Assembly (NCBI GenBank): GCA_977017645.1
Contig: OZ360240.1
Location: 45,880,001-45,944,000 of the forward strand
Direction: 5' to 3'
DNA from: Torpedo marmorata
Taxonomy: Eukaryota
Length of the DNA: 64,000 bases
Shown here: piece by piece, positions 50,641 to 64,000 of the stretch
Layout of the letters: each line of letters starts with the position of its first letter
Position numbering within the stretch: position 1 is the stretch's first letter
Notes under the pieces: model-generated
Database searches by the model: none
The model's input: the letters and a program-made list of their open reading frames with translations, nothing else
What the model was told of the DNA's origin: nothing
Program-made: the position numbers and the translations under genes

Positions 50641-50681
50641 GCTTCCTACCGCCCCACAAGTACCTCCGCGATTATCACTTA

Positions 50682-51281
<600 letters not shown>

Positions 51282-54200
51282 TCATCTACAAGATCAGCGT
51301 CATCAGACTACAGACTGTGGCCACAGAGTTGGAAGAGCAATCGGTCGTGAGATAATGGTCCGTCCCCTTATATCCTCCGCTCGCTTTGAGCTGATTCTCT
51401 CTCTAATTCCCCAGCTCAGTATTACTCCCCGAGTGTCCTGATGGCGTGACTTTGGATGATTGACATCTCCGTCATCCAGACATGAGCGGCGTGGCCGACT
51501 CATAAACTGGCATCGGCGTAGGCTTAGCTCCAATCAGAGCTGGCTGGGACTCGGCACGCCCACAGACCGCCCCTTGGCGGCCTATGCGCGCTTCCATTGG
51601 CTCGGAGGTCATTAGTCGGCATCAAAGGTAAGCGTGAGGGGCTGTGTCCACCTGGCGTTGAAGTTCCGTCCAACTTTTGTTGGCGCTTCACTGGCAACCC
51701 TTCCTTGCCATCGCGCCACCCATCTATCACTCGATAAATTACAGGACCATTAAAGAGTATTTTGGTGGCCGTATTTGGTCAGTGCTGGCAAAGTCCTACC
51801 CCAGAACCAGCAAGCGTCCTCGAATAAAACATTCCCACTCCTTTCACAATAGAGCGCTATAATGTGGCAGATCCATCCAATCGTTGACGGAAATTAGTGA
51901 ATCGGACCTGAAAGATCATTTTACCCCAAGACAAGCTCCCAACTTTGTATAGTTGGAGCGTTAAATTCCTTGCCGTGGTTCTCATCAGTTCCGTTTAGAC
52001 GTATCTTGGTAATTGATATCGACGGCGACAAGGAGAGGCTGGTGCAGTTGAAGCACTATAAATAGACGGAGTAATCAGATAAATGGAACGAGTTATGAAA
52101 GTATCAATTTCTCTGCTAATTCGTGGGCTAAATCAGAATGACCCAAAATCCAGAGGACCAAGAAGACAATCTCAAAAGTTACCGAGACATGAAAAATGAA
52201 AATAGAGACAATTGCATTCTCAGATATTACGAACGATGGTTCAATATCAACTTTCATTTCAGTTAAAAGTTCCCTTTGTTCACTTGCCCTCATTTATGCA
52301 ACGTTCAACAATAAAATGGCAAATGTGTCGTATTATGCAATGTCTCATACCATTTTGGATTTGTGTAACAAGATTAAGCTCCGTTGTGGATGAATCTGAA
52401 GCATAGGTTCACAACAATGAATTGTTTTAGAAATCTGTAACTATACACTGTTAAAGTGTTAAACATGAAATGTTCTAAATGTAATTTTGTAGCTATTAAA
52501 ATATCAGGCATTACCAAGCTTCGTAACCCCCTTCCAATTTATTATGCATTTAGATTAGCTACATTTATGAAAAAACGTCCCTTACATGTTGTACAACTAT
52601 CTTTTCAATTGCTATTAATATTTCGATTGGTTTATATTGTCCAATGTGATATTTTGTCGGCTAAGAATAACTTTGTTGATGTTGCAATTTCAACAAAAAG
52701 CTGAATATGTTCGAGGACTGACAGATTTGTAATTAAAATAAGTGTGAGTCTCCGATCATTTAACCCTTAAAGTGTGAGTGAACTGAGTCACGGATGTATT
52801 TGGGGAGGTGAGGAGAAAGAGCTATCTTTATTAAGATGTCTGCTCATCAAGGAGTGGACGTGTGTGTGTGTTCGTTCGGCGTTTCGAAGATAGCTCGCCT
52901 TGAGCAGAGTTTTTTTGAAAACAACATCCACAACTTTGAACACAAAACCCACATCAACACACAAAGCCTCGGATTAACATTTGGAACCGATTCCCGATCT
53001 TTTTGATTCAATTGAGTTAAAGCTTGCCTTTTCTCATTTGAATCATTCACCCTTTTCAAAATAACATCACCGCTTCAAAAATTGCAAATATATAATTGTT
53101 GCTTCCCATTTTAAGTGGTAATTAAAATAACATGAATGCTTTTGAAATAATCGCGCACTCACTTAAAATAGCCTCATGAAATATTTAATTGAGTGCCATT
53201 TTGATTATTTTCCTCAGAATCCATGGTTCTTGAAGTTAAGAGTTCGAGTGAAGTAATGGCCAGAAACCGATCTCTCCGCTGCTTTTACATTGGAGCGGGG
53301 AAGGGGGGGGGGAAGGGGGGGGGCGACGAGGGTTTAAGTTACATGGGAGTTTTACAGTAATTTTGCTACATTCATTGGTGTACAATGAATAATGAGAAAA
53401 TAGTCACAACCAGGCCACGGATGATAAATGACTAAAGTTCTTGTGTCACACAGGATGTCTGCTTGTGAGGTAAAATATTCATCGGACTTTGTATCGGTTT
53501 TGTATATCTACCCCATTCTTTTAATAGGCGCGGATAGAAATCTACATCGAAATGGAAGTAGACAGTCTTCGTTTAGTCTTCTCTAGTCATCTCATTTCCT
53601 TTCATAATGGTTTTGATTGTATCGCATCAATCAGTTTACGGATGGCCCCCGCGCTGTAAATCAGCCGCGGTTACACGGAGATCACCGTCGGTTCATTTTC
53701 AGATCATGAATTTGACATGAAATTGACGCGCGGGTACGAAAACGATACTGACGGTTTAATACCCGTGACTGATAAATTTCCAAGATTGGAGGCACAATTC
53801 CCGGCAAATACAGAGTTGGTTAAGGAAATAATAACGCGCGGTTTGGGGACAGTTATCTCGGCTCGAACTGGTATCTAGATCCGGTCGTTCTTGATCCTCG
53901 GTGCAGGTGTTTGAATTTTTTTTCGGGGAAAGGGGGAGAATTCGGAAATCCTCGTTCAATTGGAACGATGGAATCTTTACAATAAATGGTGTGAATGAAA
54001 AGTTTGCGAAATGTTTGCCAAGTGTGTTGAGAGATAATTAATGGTCATAGGAAACTAATTCAATTTTCATCATCATAGTATTCAATAACTGAATCCGACC
54101 TATGTGCAATTGATGTATGTGGCTACACGAGTATTCTTTTGAAAGACACACGCGTTTTATTGCACTGAATCCCAGGGCTGAGAGATTTGTGACTTTCCGT

Positions 54201-57199
54201 GTTGAATTTGCCACGATCTCATCCAGCATTGCCGCGGGGCTCGAGTGAATAACGACCCTGATTCCGATGAACTCTCAAACCACAGAGAAAAGTTCAGAAC
54301 TGATCAGGAAACTGTCAACTTACAGAGCTATATTTTTCAATGTGTTAGATTTTTCTGTCACGCAGCCTGCCTGTCTTTTGGGATAAAAGTTCATTGTTTA
54401 CCACATTCTCCACCTTAACCATTTAGTTTTTAAAAAACTGCCGCGTTACAATTGAATGACTGGGTTCGTGAATAGTCGACTCTTGTATCGCGTGTTGTTA
54501 CCTTTGTAATTCTGTGTACACTGAGTAGGATATCAAACTACTCACCCAGTATCACATTAATGCACTTTTCCTATAAACATTTCATTAGGAAGCCACAGCA
54601 ACTTCGGTGAGCTCTATGCACATGACCGAGCATGCTTGGTATTAAATCACACCCAACTCCACACTTTATTTGGAGTTGGACATCAACGCCAGTAAATAAA
54701 ACATCAATCCTAATTCCTTACATTAAAATATTTTTACGACAATTGATATTTGGAATTGTATTTTGATTGAACAGTGGGGTAACGTTAAAGCAATAAGTGA
54801 ATAGGTGTGCAATAATGAACAACCTCAACAAATAGCTTCACGCTGTGCGCGATGTATTAACATATTGCGGTTCTATTGTAAAAATGCATGAAATATGAAC
54901 GTATTGTATTGCCGTTATCGATCGTGAAATATAATCAAATCTGGACTGTTTCCCTCTTTAAACATAGGCGGTCATTTGTTTTAAATGGTAGACCCTACTG
55001 AGATAAATAAAATACCAAATGTTTCCTGACAGATGAGCAATGAGGCATTCAGAAATCAGTTAATTACCATCGGAGTCAGGAAATAAGTGTTATATCTCGG
55101 AGTTAACAAAGACAAGTACAAATAGCTATAGTATATGCGCAGCGATGCCGTGCAAACATTTTCCATGTTCGAGGTGTGTAAAAACGTGACAAAGGCCAAT
55201 AAAGTTAATGTAACATAGTAAATAAGGTTACTGATATGAATAAAGTCCGTGCTCCGTGCGAAGGACGGTAACAATGATGGAACAGAAAAAAATACGAGTT
55301 GTGATTTTAATATTAGAAACGTCATCCCTCTCATCTCTAGCGTACGGGATTGACTTCACATTACCAAGTGGGTTTTTTTTTTGGAATATGGTAAGGATGG
55401 AGATTTGATTTTTTGAGTCTCCAAGTGTTCTGTCGCATTGTAGACACTTAATCCCACAATAGGAAATTTCAGTACCTAGAGGGTTAAGCACAATGTCTGG
55501 TGCTGGCGTGAAGAGTGTTTGTAATCTTCCCGGGATGTGGTCAGGAACCATTACAAATACTTACTCCATTTCCAATATTCCCCAAGCACTCGTCTGTCTT
55601 CTTCTGCAGCTCTGGACAGATTCATTATTCCTTAAAAACTCGACATCTATTCTAACCCTGAAATATGAAGTGCCGGTGAATGGTCGAGGTAATATTTAAT
55701 ATCCTGCGAGGCAGCCTTCCCTTTTCTTGACAAATGAACTACAACCCAACCAAATGGTTCACATCTGTTTGGGCGCTTCTTCTGTGTTTGCAAATTAGCA
55801 TTAAAATATGGGTAAACAATAAAAGAAGCCGTTTCTAGATCACAGAACACAGACAATGATTACTGGACTAAGAACCGTGCCAAAAGCATCTGACATGGTT
55901 AGACCAGATGTTTTTACATCTACTATTGCTTCCTTCCTCTTAAAAAAATCCACACAAGTGTCTGATTTGGACGATTTTAAAGAAATGTGACCAAGAGCCA
56001 AGCAGTTCAATTTGACTGTCACCCATCCCCATCATTCATCTTTCTCACCCCTTTCTAGTTTGTATATATGTACACGCTTATTTAAACATGGTACGTTGTT
56101 GAATCTTTAGTCCAGCTTTGTCTTTCGGTTCTCTATTATGCGGTGGAAGTTTTCCCACAGAGCAGAGTGAATCTAACAACCCGAACACACATTTCACAAG
56201 TCAGGTTGGCTACGGTGGATCATATCTTTGCTGGCTGAGTAATAGATGTTTATATTGTCTTCGTGCCAATGAACTAAATTAAATGGAATTCAGCTGAAAA
56301 TTGATAAAATGATAACTATTATCTCAAGAAATGTTCTGTTTGAGCCAGGATTCTTATAAATTATAAATAAGAACAGCACATTTACACATCTTTACACTGT
56401 GGACCATTCACAATTTGATATCACAAAGCATACAATGTCTATATTATATCCAACTCATTCATTTCTTAAATGCACCGTCTTTACTGTTCATCGTCGACTG
56501 TTAGTACGGACCATAAAATGGATTATCTGGGAACATTCCAGTTTTGGAGAAAGGAACTCTGTCTGTCTAATCCTTGGCCGTTTTATTTTTAAATCGGGGA
56601 TCTACCTGAAGCAGATTTGTTTATAAGATCACCGTAAATCTGATCAATGCTTCCGGTGTTAGGAATATTCCATTCCTTCCGAAAGTGGAGTACCTTAAAA
56701 AAAGGAAGCGTTTCAATTTGGAAGTGACAGTCTGCAGAGGAAAGCACGGACTGCACACTTCACCTTTGAACAAGGGTTAGACCACTCTATCAGCATAAGC
56801 TACTGGGGTCCGCTCTGATTATCTATTCTTCAAAAGCATCGAATCGGATTTAAAAAATAACCTGCTGGCAATATTCAGTGAGCAAAATAACAGGTGTTGC
56901 TGGAAGTGTCTCGCGTTTCCAGCAGCAACTGTAGATAGAGAAATGGAGTTAATGTTTACGATCAATACTAGGTTTAGATGGAAGGTCGTGGACTCCCTTT
57001 CTTGCTCCACAGCTGCTGCTTAACCTGACAGGAATTTTCAGCAATGTCGACTCTTCTGCTCTCTTTTCTACAAATGAGTCCACCAGAAACAGATTTAGTA
57101 TTTGTACGTAACTATCGTGAGTGATTTTATCCTTCCCTATAACTCAATTGTAATTTCCTGTTGTAAAGCAAAACGAAAAAGACGAACTTATGAACTAAA

Positions 57200-57548
57200 T
57201 TGTGATGTGTAATGATTGTTGCATTTTAGGAAACAGTGAATTTACAGCCAGCAAGGTTCCTCTACATGAGAATAGTTTGAACATATCCAGTCCGGATGAA
57301 GGGTCTCGACTCGAAACGCTGACTGTACATTTCCCACCACAGATGCTGCCTGAACCGCCGAGTTCCTGAAGCAAATTCGTTTTTGCTCATCTCTTTAGTG
57401 ACGTTGGTTGAGAGGTTAAAGTTGACCGGATACCAGGGATCAATTTGCGACTTCATAGAGAAATAGTGCATTGGATCTTTTACATCCTTCTGAGAAAACG
57501 TGGTGATGGTGGTGCTGTTGTTCCAGCTTAACGTTTCCTCCGAAAGAA
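57200..57548 (-). mobile_element. Deu-domain SINE interrupted by a Penelope-type fragment (~57270-57395)
   Basis: Reverse complement reads CTTTCGGAGGAAACGTTAAGC...GGATGTAAAAGATCCAATGCACTATTT, matching the recalled Deu core. Confidence 0.6.
57288..57325 (+). ncRNA. Degenerate minimal type I hammerhead ribozyme motif (Penelope-associated)
   Basis: CAGTC-CGGATGA-A-GGGTC(TC)GACTC-GAAAC-GCT-GACTG: stem I CAGTC/GACTG is perfect and stem II is present. The core is CTGATGA with one substitution and the cleavage triplet is mutated. Confidence 0.55.
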
Positions 57549-57651
57549 CATCAGAAATGGGAACAAGAATGGGCCATCCGGCCCTTCGAGCCAGTCATTC
57601 ATCAGAATGATGGCGCTCTTCCATTTCCAGCACCACACCCCACGAGTTAAA

Positions 57652-57805
57652 CAGGGAAATCTATGGACGCTGTGATTGTAATATAATACACAAAGGCACT
57701 GGAGAAACTCAGCAGGTCACGCAGCATCTAAAGGTTGGTACCCCTTTAACTTCCCAGAGATCCTGCGTGACCTGCTGAATTTCCCCAGCACCTTTGTGCA
57801 TTGCA
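57652..57805. mobile_element. Short foldback Penelope-type element
   Basis: CACAAAGGCACTGGAGAAACTCAGCAGGTCACGCAG...CTGCGTGACCTGCTGAATTTCCCCAGCACCTTTGTG inverted arms. Confidence 0.7.
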
Positions 57806-58659
57806 CCATATTCCTCAGTGTCCTTTTTGAATACAGACTGCGATTCGGGGAAAGTTTCAAAGACAATTTCGCACTTTCTTGGCACAGTTACTCAAGTTTG
57901 AGTGGAATGCGACCGAAACATTCTCAAATTAGCAAATCCTTATTAAGGCACGGATTTTTCAGAGAGATTGTTGGGCGACTCGTTAATAAAGTGAATGCCT
58001 GGAACTGCATAAGAGCAAGAATGAAATTGGCAACGCAGAATTGTTAAAGTACACATTATTGAAAGCTGACGCGTTGGTTAAGTCACACTTAATAGAGAAC
58101 AATCAGCAACTTCAAAAAGTATTGGCAATTGATTGGATATTAAAAATATATATCCCTCTCCAAGACACTGCACGGGAAAGTGTCGTTTTGAAATTTAACT
58201 GCACAGTTTTATTTTGCAAACCTTTCAATCATTTGACTTGTGTGGGATAACCCCCTTTAACACAGATATTGAGAGGGACAAAATGATTGTAAAGAAGGCT
58301 TTCCAGCGTGGAAGTTTTCAACGACCACCTTATTTCTTCGGTTGCATAATTCCCACTCAAAGAGAAATACTGTAGCCAAACTACTGAACAATCTGCTAGT
58401 TGAAAAGTTCTGGGCAGAAAGATTTTTTATCTTTATTATTCGTCATTTTTGTTCGGCATTTCCTTCAGCTGGAAAGCAATTGCTCTAGAAAGGTTGGAGG
58501 GCGCGTGACACTGCGACTTGGGGTGGTAGGTTTTGTTTCACTTCGTCTCAAACACCCTATCAAATATTTAGTTATTTTACAGGGTGATCCTTCTAAAACG
58601 TTAATGTTTCGTTTTCAAACAACCGATTTTCCAATATACAGCGCATTTCGTCCAGCCTC

Positions 58660-59420
58660 AAATAGAACACATTACAATACGGCCCTTCGCCCACGATGTT
58701 GTGTCGACCTATATAAATCTACTCCACAGCAACAAAACCAATCCCTCCCTCCCTCACAATTCATAACTTTCAATGTTTCGTACACCCATGTGCCTATCTA
58801 AATAATTTAAATGTTCCTGTTATACCAGCCTCTACCACCACCCTAGGCAATGTATTTCAGGCACCCATCACTCTCTGTGGAAAAAAAAACTACCTTTCAC
58901 TTCTCCCCTAAGCTTTTCTCCACTAACCTTAAAGATTTGTCCTTTTGTATTGGCCCTGGGAAAATAAAATGTTGGCTGTCCACCTTATCTTTACCTCTCT
59001 ATACACCTCAAATAAGTCGCCTCTCATCTGCGCTCCAAAATGAAAAGCCCAAGCTCGCTCAACCTTTCCTTATAAGATGTGTTCTCCAATCCAGGCAACA
59101 TCCTGGTAAATCCCCACTGCACCTTCTCCAAACCTCCCTCCCTCCCTCCCTCACTTGTAATGAGGCTACCAGAACTGAACGCAAGACTCGAAACGTGGTC
59201 TAACCCGAGTTTTATGGAGCTGCAACATTACCTCGCGGCTCTTGAACTCAGTTCCCGACTAATAAAGGCCAGCACACCATAAGCCTTCTTAACTACCTTC
59301 TCAATTTGCGCGACAACCTTGAGGGATCTATGGATTTGGACCCCAAGATCCCTCTGTTCTTCCACACTGCTAAGAATCCTGCCATTAACCATGAACTCCC
59401 GCCATCAAGTTCGATCTTCT
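58660..59420 (-). mobile_element. CR1 3' fragment
   Basis: Reverse-complement CR1 ORF2 C-terminus and tail (GGGCGAAGGGCCGTATTGTAATGTGTTCTA). Confidence 0.7.
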
Positions 59421-59794
59421 TCTCATCGAGGTCCATTCCCCCCTTCAGAATAGTTAAATTAACCAGGCCAAGTCATTCACATGCAAGACCCACAGTAGAA
59501 ATACTGAATTAAAACCACCAATGCATATTACTGAGATTGTAATTCTACCCCATATTTTCTTTCTCCGCCGATGGATCAACATAGGGTTAATTATGAAATG
59601 AACCCGCCCTGGACCAGCTGCCTGCAGTTTCTTGCACCCAGCTGCACAAAATCGAATATGCAATGAATCTTAATTATTGGTGACCTTTAACCTGCAGCAA
59701 GTTTTAATTTGGGATTCATTGCTCTTTCACAACCCCTTTAGGAACAACCTACAGAACATTAAATTAATAAATGGGGAAGTTTTACGATTGTGGA

Positions 59795-59950
59795 CAATGA
59801 GCACAGACACTACTTCACTTTTTCTCTTCTTTTGCACTAATTTATTTATTTTTAAAACATGCAAGTTATTACAATTTTTGCACCTGTAACACTGCCGCAA
59901 AGCTACGAATTTCGTGGCACATGTTTATGCCAATAAATTCTAATTCTAAA
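59795..59950 (+). mobile_element. Old Rex1-like 3' tail
   Basis: CTGCCGCAAAGCTACGAATTTCGTGG...CAATAAATTCTAATTCTA resembles 20188-20243. Confidence 0.55.
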
Positions 59951-60357
59951 GGATTCATGTGCACGATAGTGAGATTAACATTTTCTTTGAAAGTTTGGCA
60001 TATTAAAGAAGCAAATTCACTTATTTGCTATGCCTCCAAATATTTGCTGTTCGAAATTGCAATGTAATGTAAAGTAATTATTGATGTATTTGATCAACGG
60101 ATACAATTGGTATATGCCGTTTTTGCATTATCCAAAATTATCATTCTGAATTTGCAGAAACCTCTCTCCCAGAAGATATTTCATTACATCAGGACAAACA
60201 CAAATGATGACGGTATTTGAGAGGGTCGATGTTGATGATGCGACGTTTCCACTTAATACAACCTGCAAGATAGTCATGCATTAATCCAACAATGAGTCAT
60301 TTCGTACATTATCTTGTAGAGTGAAACTGGCTGACACATCAAGGCCAAAGGCAGAGG

Positions 60358-60645
60358 TTCAAGCTCAAGCCCGAAACGTCGGTTATGTATTTCTACCTTT
60401 GCTACATAAAAGACACTGTTTGACCTGCTGAGTTTCTCCAGCATTTGTGTTTTTTACTTCAACAACGGTGTCTACAGATTTTCGTGTTTTACTTTTAAAG
60501 ATAAACTGGAGAGATTCAAGAGTTAGGCAGCATCCATGGGGAGAAATGGTCAGTCAAAGATCCCGATGCTGTTTGACTCGCTGAGTTCCTCCATCTTTTC
60601 TTTGTTCACTCAAGATGGCAGCATCTGCATTTCTTGTGTTTCTCA
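60358..60645 (+). mobile_element. Penelope-type terminal fragments
   Basis: GCTCAAGCCCGAAACGTCGGTTATG...TGACCTGCTGAGTTTCTCCAGCATTTGTG; a second fragment lies at ~60525-60645. Confidence 0.65.
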
Positions 60646-60884
60646 GGTTTATATTCGGATCTGAGGATGAAAACAAAGGAGAGTGGGTTAATAAAGTGCG
60701 GGAATGTGACGAGAATGTTGCGTTGGGCGAAATGGCTTGTGTGCAAATTCTACATCCCTCGAATAAAGTGACAGAGCGCTGAAGATATGAGGAAGGATAT
60801 TAGTTTGGTTACAACGCTAAACCGACAGAGATTCCTAAAGGGGAATAAACTGCAGAGATTAATACCCGACGTCAAAAACGTATC

Positions 60885-60975
60885 GGGGTGTAGGTTAATG
60901 GAGTGTAAAATGGGCAGCACGGACTCGTAGGGCCGAATTGGCCTGTTACAGTGCTGTATGTCTAATTTTTAAAAA
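60885..60975 (+). mobile_element. V-SINE/CR1-type 3' tail fragment
   Basis: GGGCCGAATTGGCCTGTTACAGTGCTGTATGTCTAATT. Confidence 0.6.
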
Positions 60976-62579
60976 AAGGACGTTACCAGGCCAATGTTGG
61001 AGAACTCCACAATCAGAGAGATTTATAGACAGGAAACTACAACAGGGAGGGCCGAAACCACTGAGGGGCCATCAAAGTATTTAAGCATGATTTCTGAGTT
61101 TATTTTTAAAAAAAATAAATTTGTTGTTAGTGGAAGACAACATTGGGTAGCGGGTACAGGGGTTGAATGAGGGAGTGTGGGCCATTTAAACGGCGGCAGT
61201 AGAATACTGAATCAGTCCAGTTTACGGAGCGTGGCAAGGTGAGCTGTGCAATAATCGCGCTGGGATGAATGCTCGAAAAATAAAACTTTAAAGCACGTTC
61301 AAAACACATATCACGAATTTATAAATGAGACGTAAATGGGCTGTAAATTTCTCACTTTTCTTACTCGGAATGCTTGTTTCTCTAATTGAGAAACTTCAGG
61401 CAAACATCACTAACAGCAACGTTCAAAACATGTTTAATAAAATAATCGGACAATTTCATCAAATCCACTGAATAATCATTTTGATATTAGGATAGGACAA
61501 AAGGAAAGACCCGCTGACCTCAAAAGCAGCAGATGCATATAAAAATAGGATAAGGCTTTCAAAATGCAAATTCCTGAGCACTAAATGCTTGGGTTGTCGC
61601 GATTGTATACAGTATTGTGGAGATTATCGGACAGGGAGGGGTCATCAGTTTTCAATCTTCACTCAAGTGCTTTTTGTCTTTGTCTAACAGTTCTTACCGA
61701 AGCCCCTAGGTGGAACACTGCTGGTTCAGCACAGTATTTTCCGGAGCGGAGAGATTCCCGATCCATGGAAACTTACAATCACTGCCTGTTGATGCATCAC
61801 AATGATTTCACTTGAACCATGTTTCACTCCCTTGTCACTAATCATACTTGTTACACACGCAACAGTCGAGACTCCTCCAAGCCCTTTGAGCTGTATGTAG
61901 CTTTATCACCCAGAAATTATTCGTATTAGTTTCAATTAATTAATAGGATTAAAATGTTACTCCATGGACAAAGAATAGTAATTATTAAACAAAATCATTT
62001 CAGGTTTCCAGATCTGCAGATTTTAAAAAAATTTCAAATATAAATAATTGCTTCATTGATAGAAGTGACTTGGTAGTCAAAACCTGAACAATCAGAGACC
62101 ATACAGTGTATTGTACAGCAAAACACACCTCAGAATTATAGAATGGAAGGGAAACATATTGACAAAGGAGCAATGGGGCAATTTATTTTCTTTATTCAAC
62201 TATTTTCTTTCTATTTCTGAAAAGGTAACGTTTGATGTGCTTTGGACCCATGGAGGATACAAAACAATCTCCTGGGCCATCATAAGTTTTATCTACATCT
62301 GTGGCATTTGCACTCAATTAACCAAAGTTTTCTATCCAAAGACTTTCATGATTTTAGGATGCTTTGAAGCAGCTGACAGCCAGCAAAAAAATGTTTGTAT
62401 TTGCGATCACCATTGCAATATTGGATTGGCATAGTCAATTCAATGCATCCTGCAATTTCCAGAGGCAACACGGTGATAACTATTTTTTAAAGATGTTAAG
62501 TTACTGGCAAGGCATTAGGGTGAATTCTACTGCTCTCGATTAGTGTCCTGGGTTATTTTATATTCACTTGAGAGATTAG

Positions 62580-62735
62580 GTGAAAATGCAGTAATATCCC
62601 ATCTGAAAGCTTGTGCTACGGATAGTGGAGTGCATCCTGAATACTGCACTAAAGTGCTTGGTTCAAGGCCTGGAGAGATGCATGTGTCTGCAAACCTGTG
62701 GCTCAGAGATGAAAGTGTTACCACTGAATCAAAGT
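62580..62735 (-). mobile_element. Deu-domain SINE head fragment
   Basis: Reverse complement TCAGTGGTAACACTTTCATCTCTGAGCCACAGG...AGTGCAGTATTCAGGA...CTTTCAGATGGGATATTA. Confidence 0.5.
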
Positions 62736-63218
62736 TGTGATAAAGAGCAAATAAATTTATGGAGAATATTGAATATTTTGATGGAAATAATAAATCAAGC
62801 AAACATAATCCACAAAATCCAGCAGGTGGGGACTAACACACTCAAAATACTTTTTGACCATCTTTTCAGATGTCACACTAATTTCTCCATGAGATAATTA
62901 ACAAAAAAAAAACATATAAACAAATTTATGAGAAATTGCTTCTCCGATAACAATGTAGCTGGAGTGAATGGATTTCCTGGCCAATAATTAGAAAATAAAT
63001 AGCCATGACTACATCATGTTACGTTTACAAAGACTGGCCCCTCTGTAAATAACTGACAACTGATCTCTTGAAACAATGCTTTTTGGAGCATTGAAAATAA
63101 TTTAATTGTCTTGTAATTGTCATTAAAAGCTTTCCTGAAGTAACATTTTCATGATACAACTTCAGTGTGGTATTTATTCAGTAAATACAGCAGATAACCT
63201 GCAACAAATGAAAAGAAA

Positions 63219-63660
63219 TGCTTTAATGTTTCTAAGAAATGTATTGCTATTACATGGAAATCCGATGTAGATTTAGGGTTAGAAAGATGGCATGCAGAAT
63301 TGCGTTCAGCTATACCACTTGAAAAAATTACTTATAATTTACGTAATAAATACCATTTCTTCTTGAAAATATGGAGCCCATATATAAAAACTGTCGGTTT
63401 AAGGATTTGAAGATCTCCGGATATTGGATCTGACTGGCGAACCTGTGTTCCACAATAAAATTAGTTTATAGTTGTTTTGTTTAGAGTGACATTCTCCTTA
63501 CTTTATCTTTTTCTTCTTTCTTTCTTTTTTTCGGGAGGGTTAGGGAAGGGGGGGAGGGAGGAGGGAGGGGGGGTGAAAATGTATCACATGTAATTTGATA
63601 ATTTTGCATTTTAAACGATGTAATGTGTGATTTAAAAATTTTAAATAAAATTTAAAAAAA
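63219..63660 (+). mobile_element. L1/Tx1-clade 3' end (same family as 31121-32333)
   Basis: Highly similar to 31882-32330; G-rich tract, AATAAA, A-tail. Confidence 0.88.
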
Positions 63661-64000
63661 GCAGTGTCCTTTATTAGCAAAGGTAAAAATACATAACTGA
63701 TGTTTCAGGCTTGAGCACTTCATCAAGGTATGGGAAAATGTCGGCAGGCACCTGAACAAAAGAGTAGGGAGGTCGCTAAGGCAGGAGGTGATAGGTGGAG
63801 AAGGGAGGGAGGGGACAGCAGTGATCAAGGGGAGGAGGGATGGCTAGGTGAAGGGAGGGGGAAGGGAGGGAGGAGAACTGGAAAGGGGAAGGGTAGGGGG
63901 GAGGGGGAAGAGGAGAGCAGGTTAGCAGAAACTGTAAAAGTCGATGTTAATGCCATCTGGCTGGAGAGTGCCCAGACGAAAAATCAGGTGTTGTTCCTCC
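63661..64000 (-). mobile_element. Penelope-like retroelement 3' end (GIY-YIG domain C-terminus, pyrimidine tract, hammerhead-like motif); runs off window
   Basis: Minus-strand translation EEQHLIFRLGTLQPDGINIDFYSFC-stop (TAA 63924-63922), typical of the PLE endonuclease end, followed by CATACC-TTGATGA-AGTGCTCAAGCCT-GAAAC-ATC-AGTTATG. Confidence 0.8.

Overview
Eukaryotic (vertebrate) genomic DNA, most likely a cartilaginous fish (shark/ray), judged from HE1-like V-SINEs, Deu-domain SINEs and CR1, Rex1/Babar and Penelope repeats. The one supportable host gene is an intact two-coding-exon HS3ST3B1-like heparan sulfate glucosamine 3-O-sulfotransferase on the minus strand. Its coding exons are 51206-50683 and 26426-25808, separated by a 24.3 kb phase-2 GT-AG intron, and it encodes 380 aa. 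Exon 1 sits in a CpG island within a broad CpG-retaining, repeat-poor domain. The rest is a nested retroelement and transposon landscape: a near-full-length CR1, a near-complete Rex1/Babar and many fragments, L1/Tx1 pieces, V-SINEs, DeuSINEs, a 5S-derived SINE, two inverted Chapaev3-like non-autonomous transposons, and hAT and Tc1/mariner MITEs. The most interesting items are (i) TSD-flanked foldback Penelope-derived mini-elements carrying minimal hammerhead-ribozyme motifs, (ii) a 5S-head SINE with a Rex1-type tail, (iii) a direct-repeat-flanked 5'-only L1-like insertion, (iv) the Chapaev3-like pair and (v) uORFs, one overlapping the HS3ST3B1 start codon. All family assignments come from motif recognition by eye; no database searches were run. 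I found no evidence for a wholly new protein-coding system.
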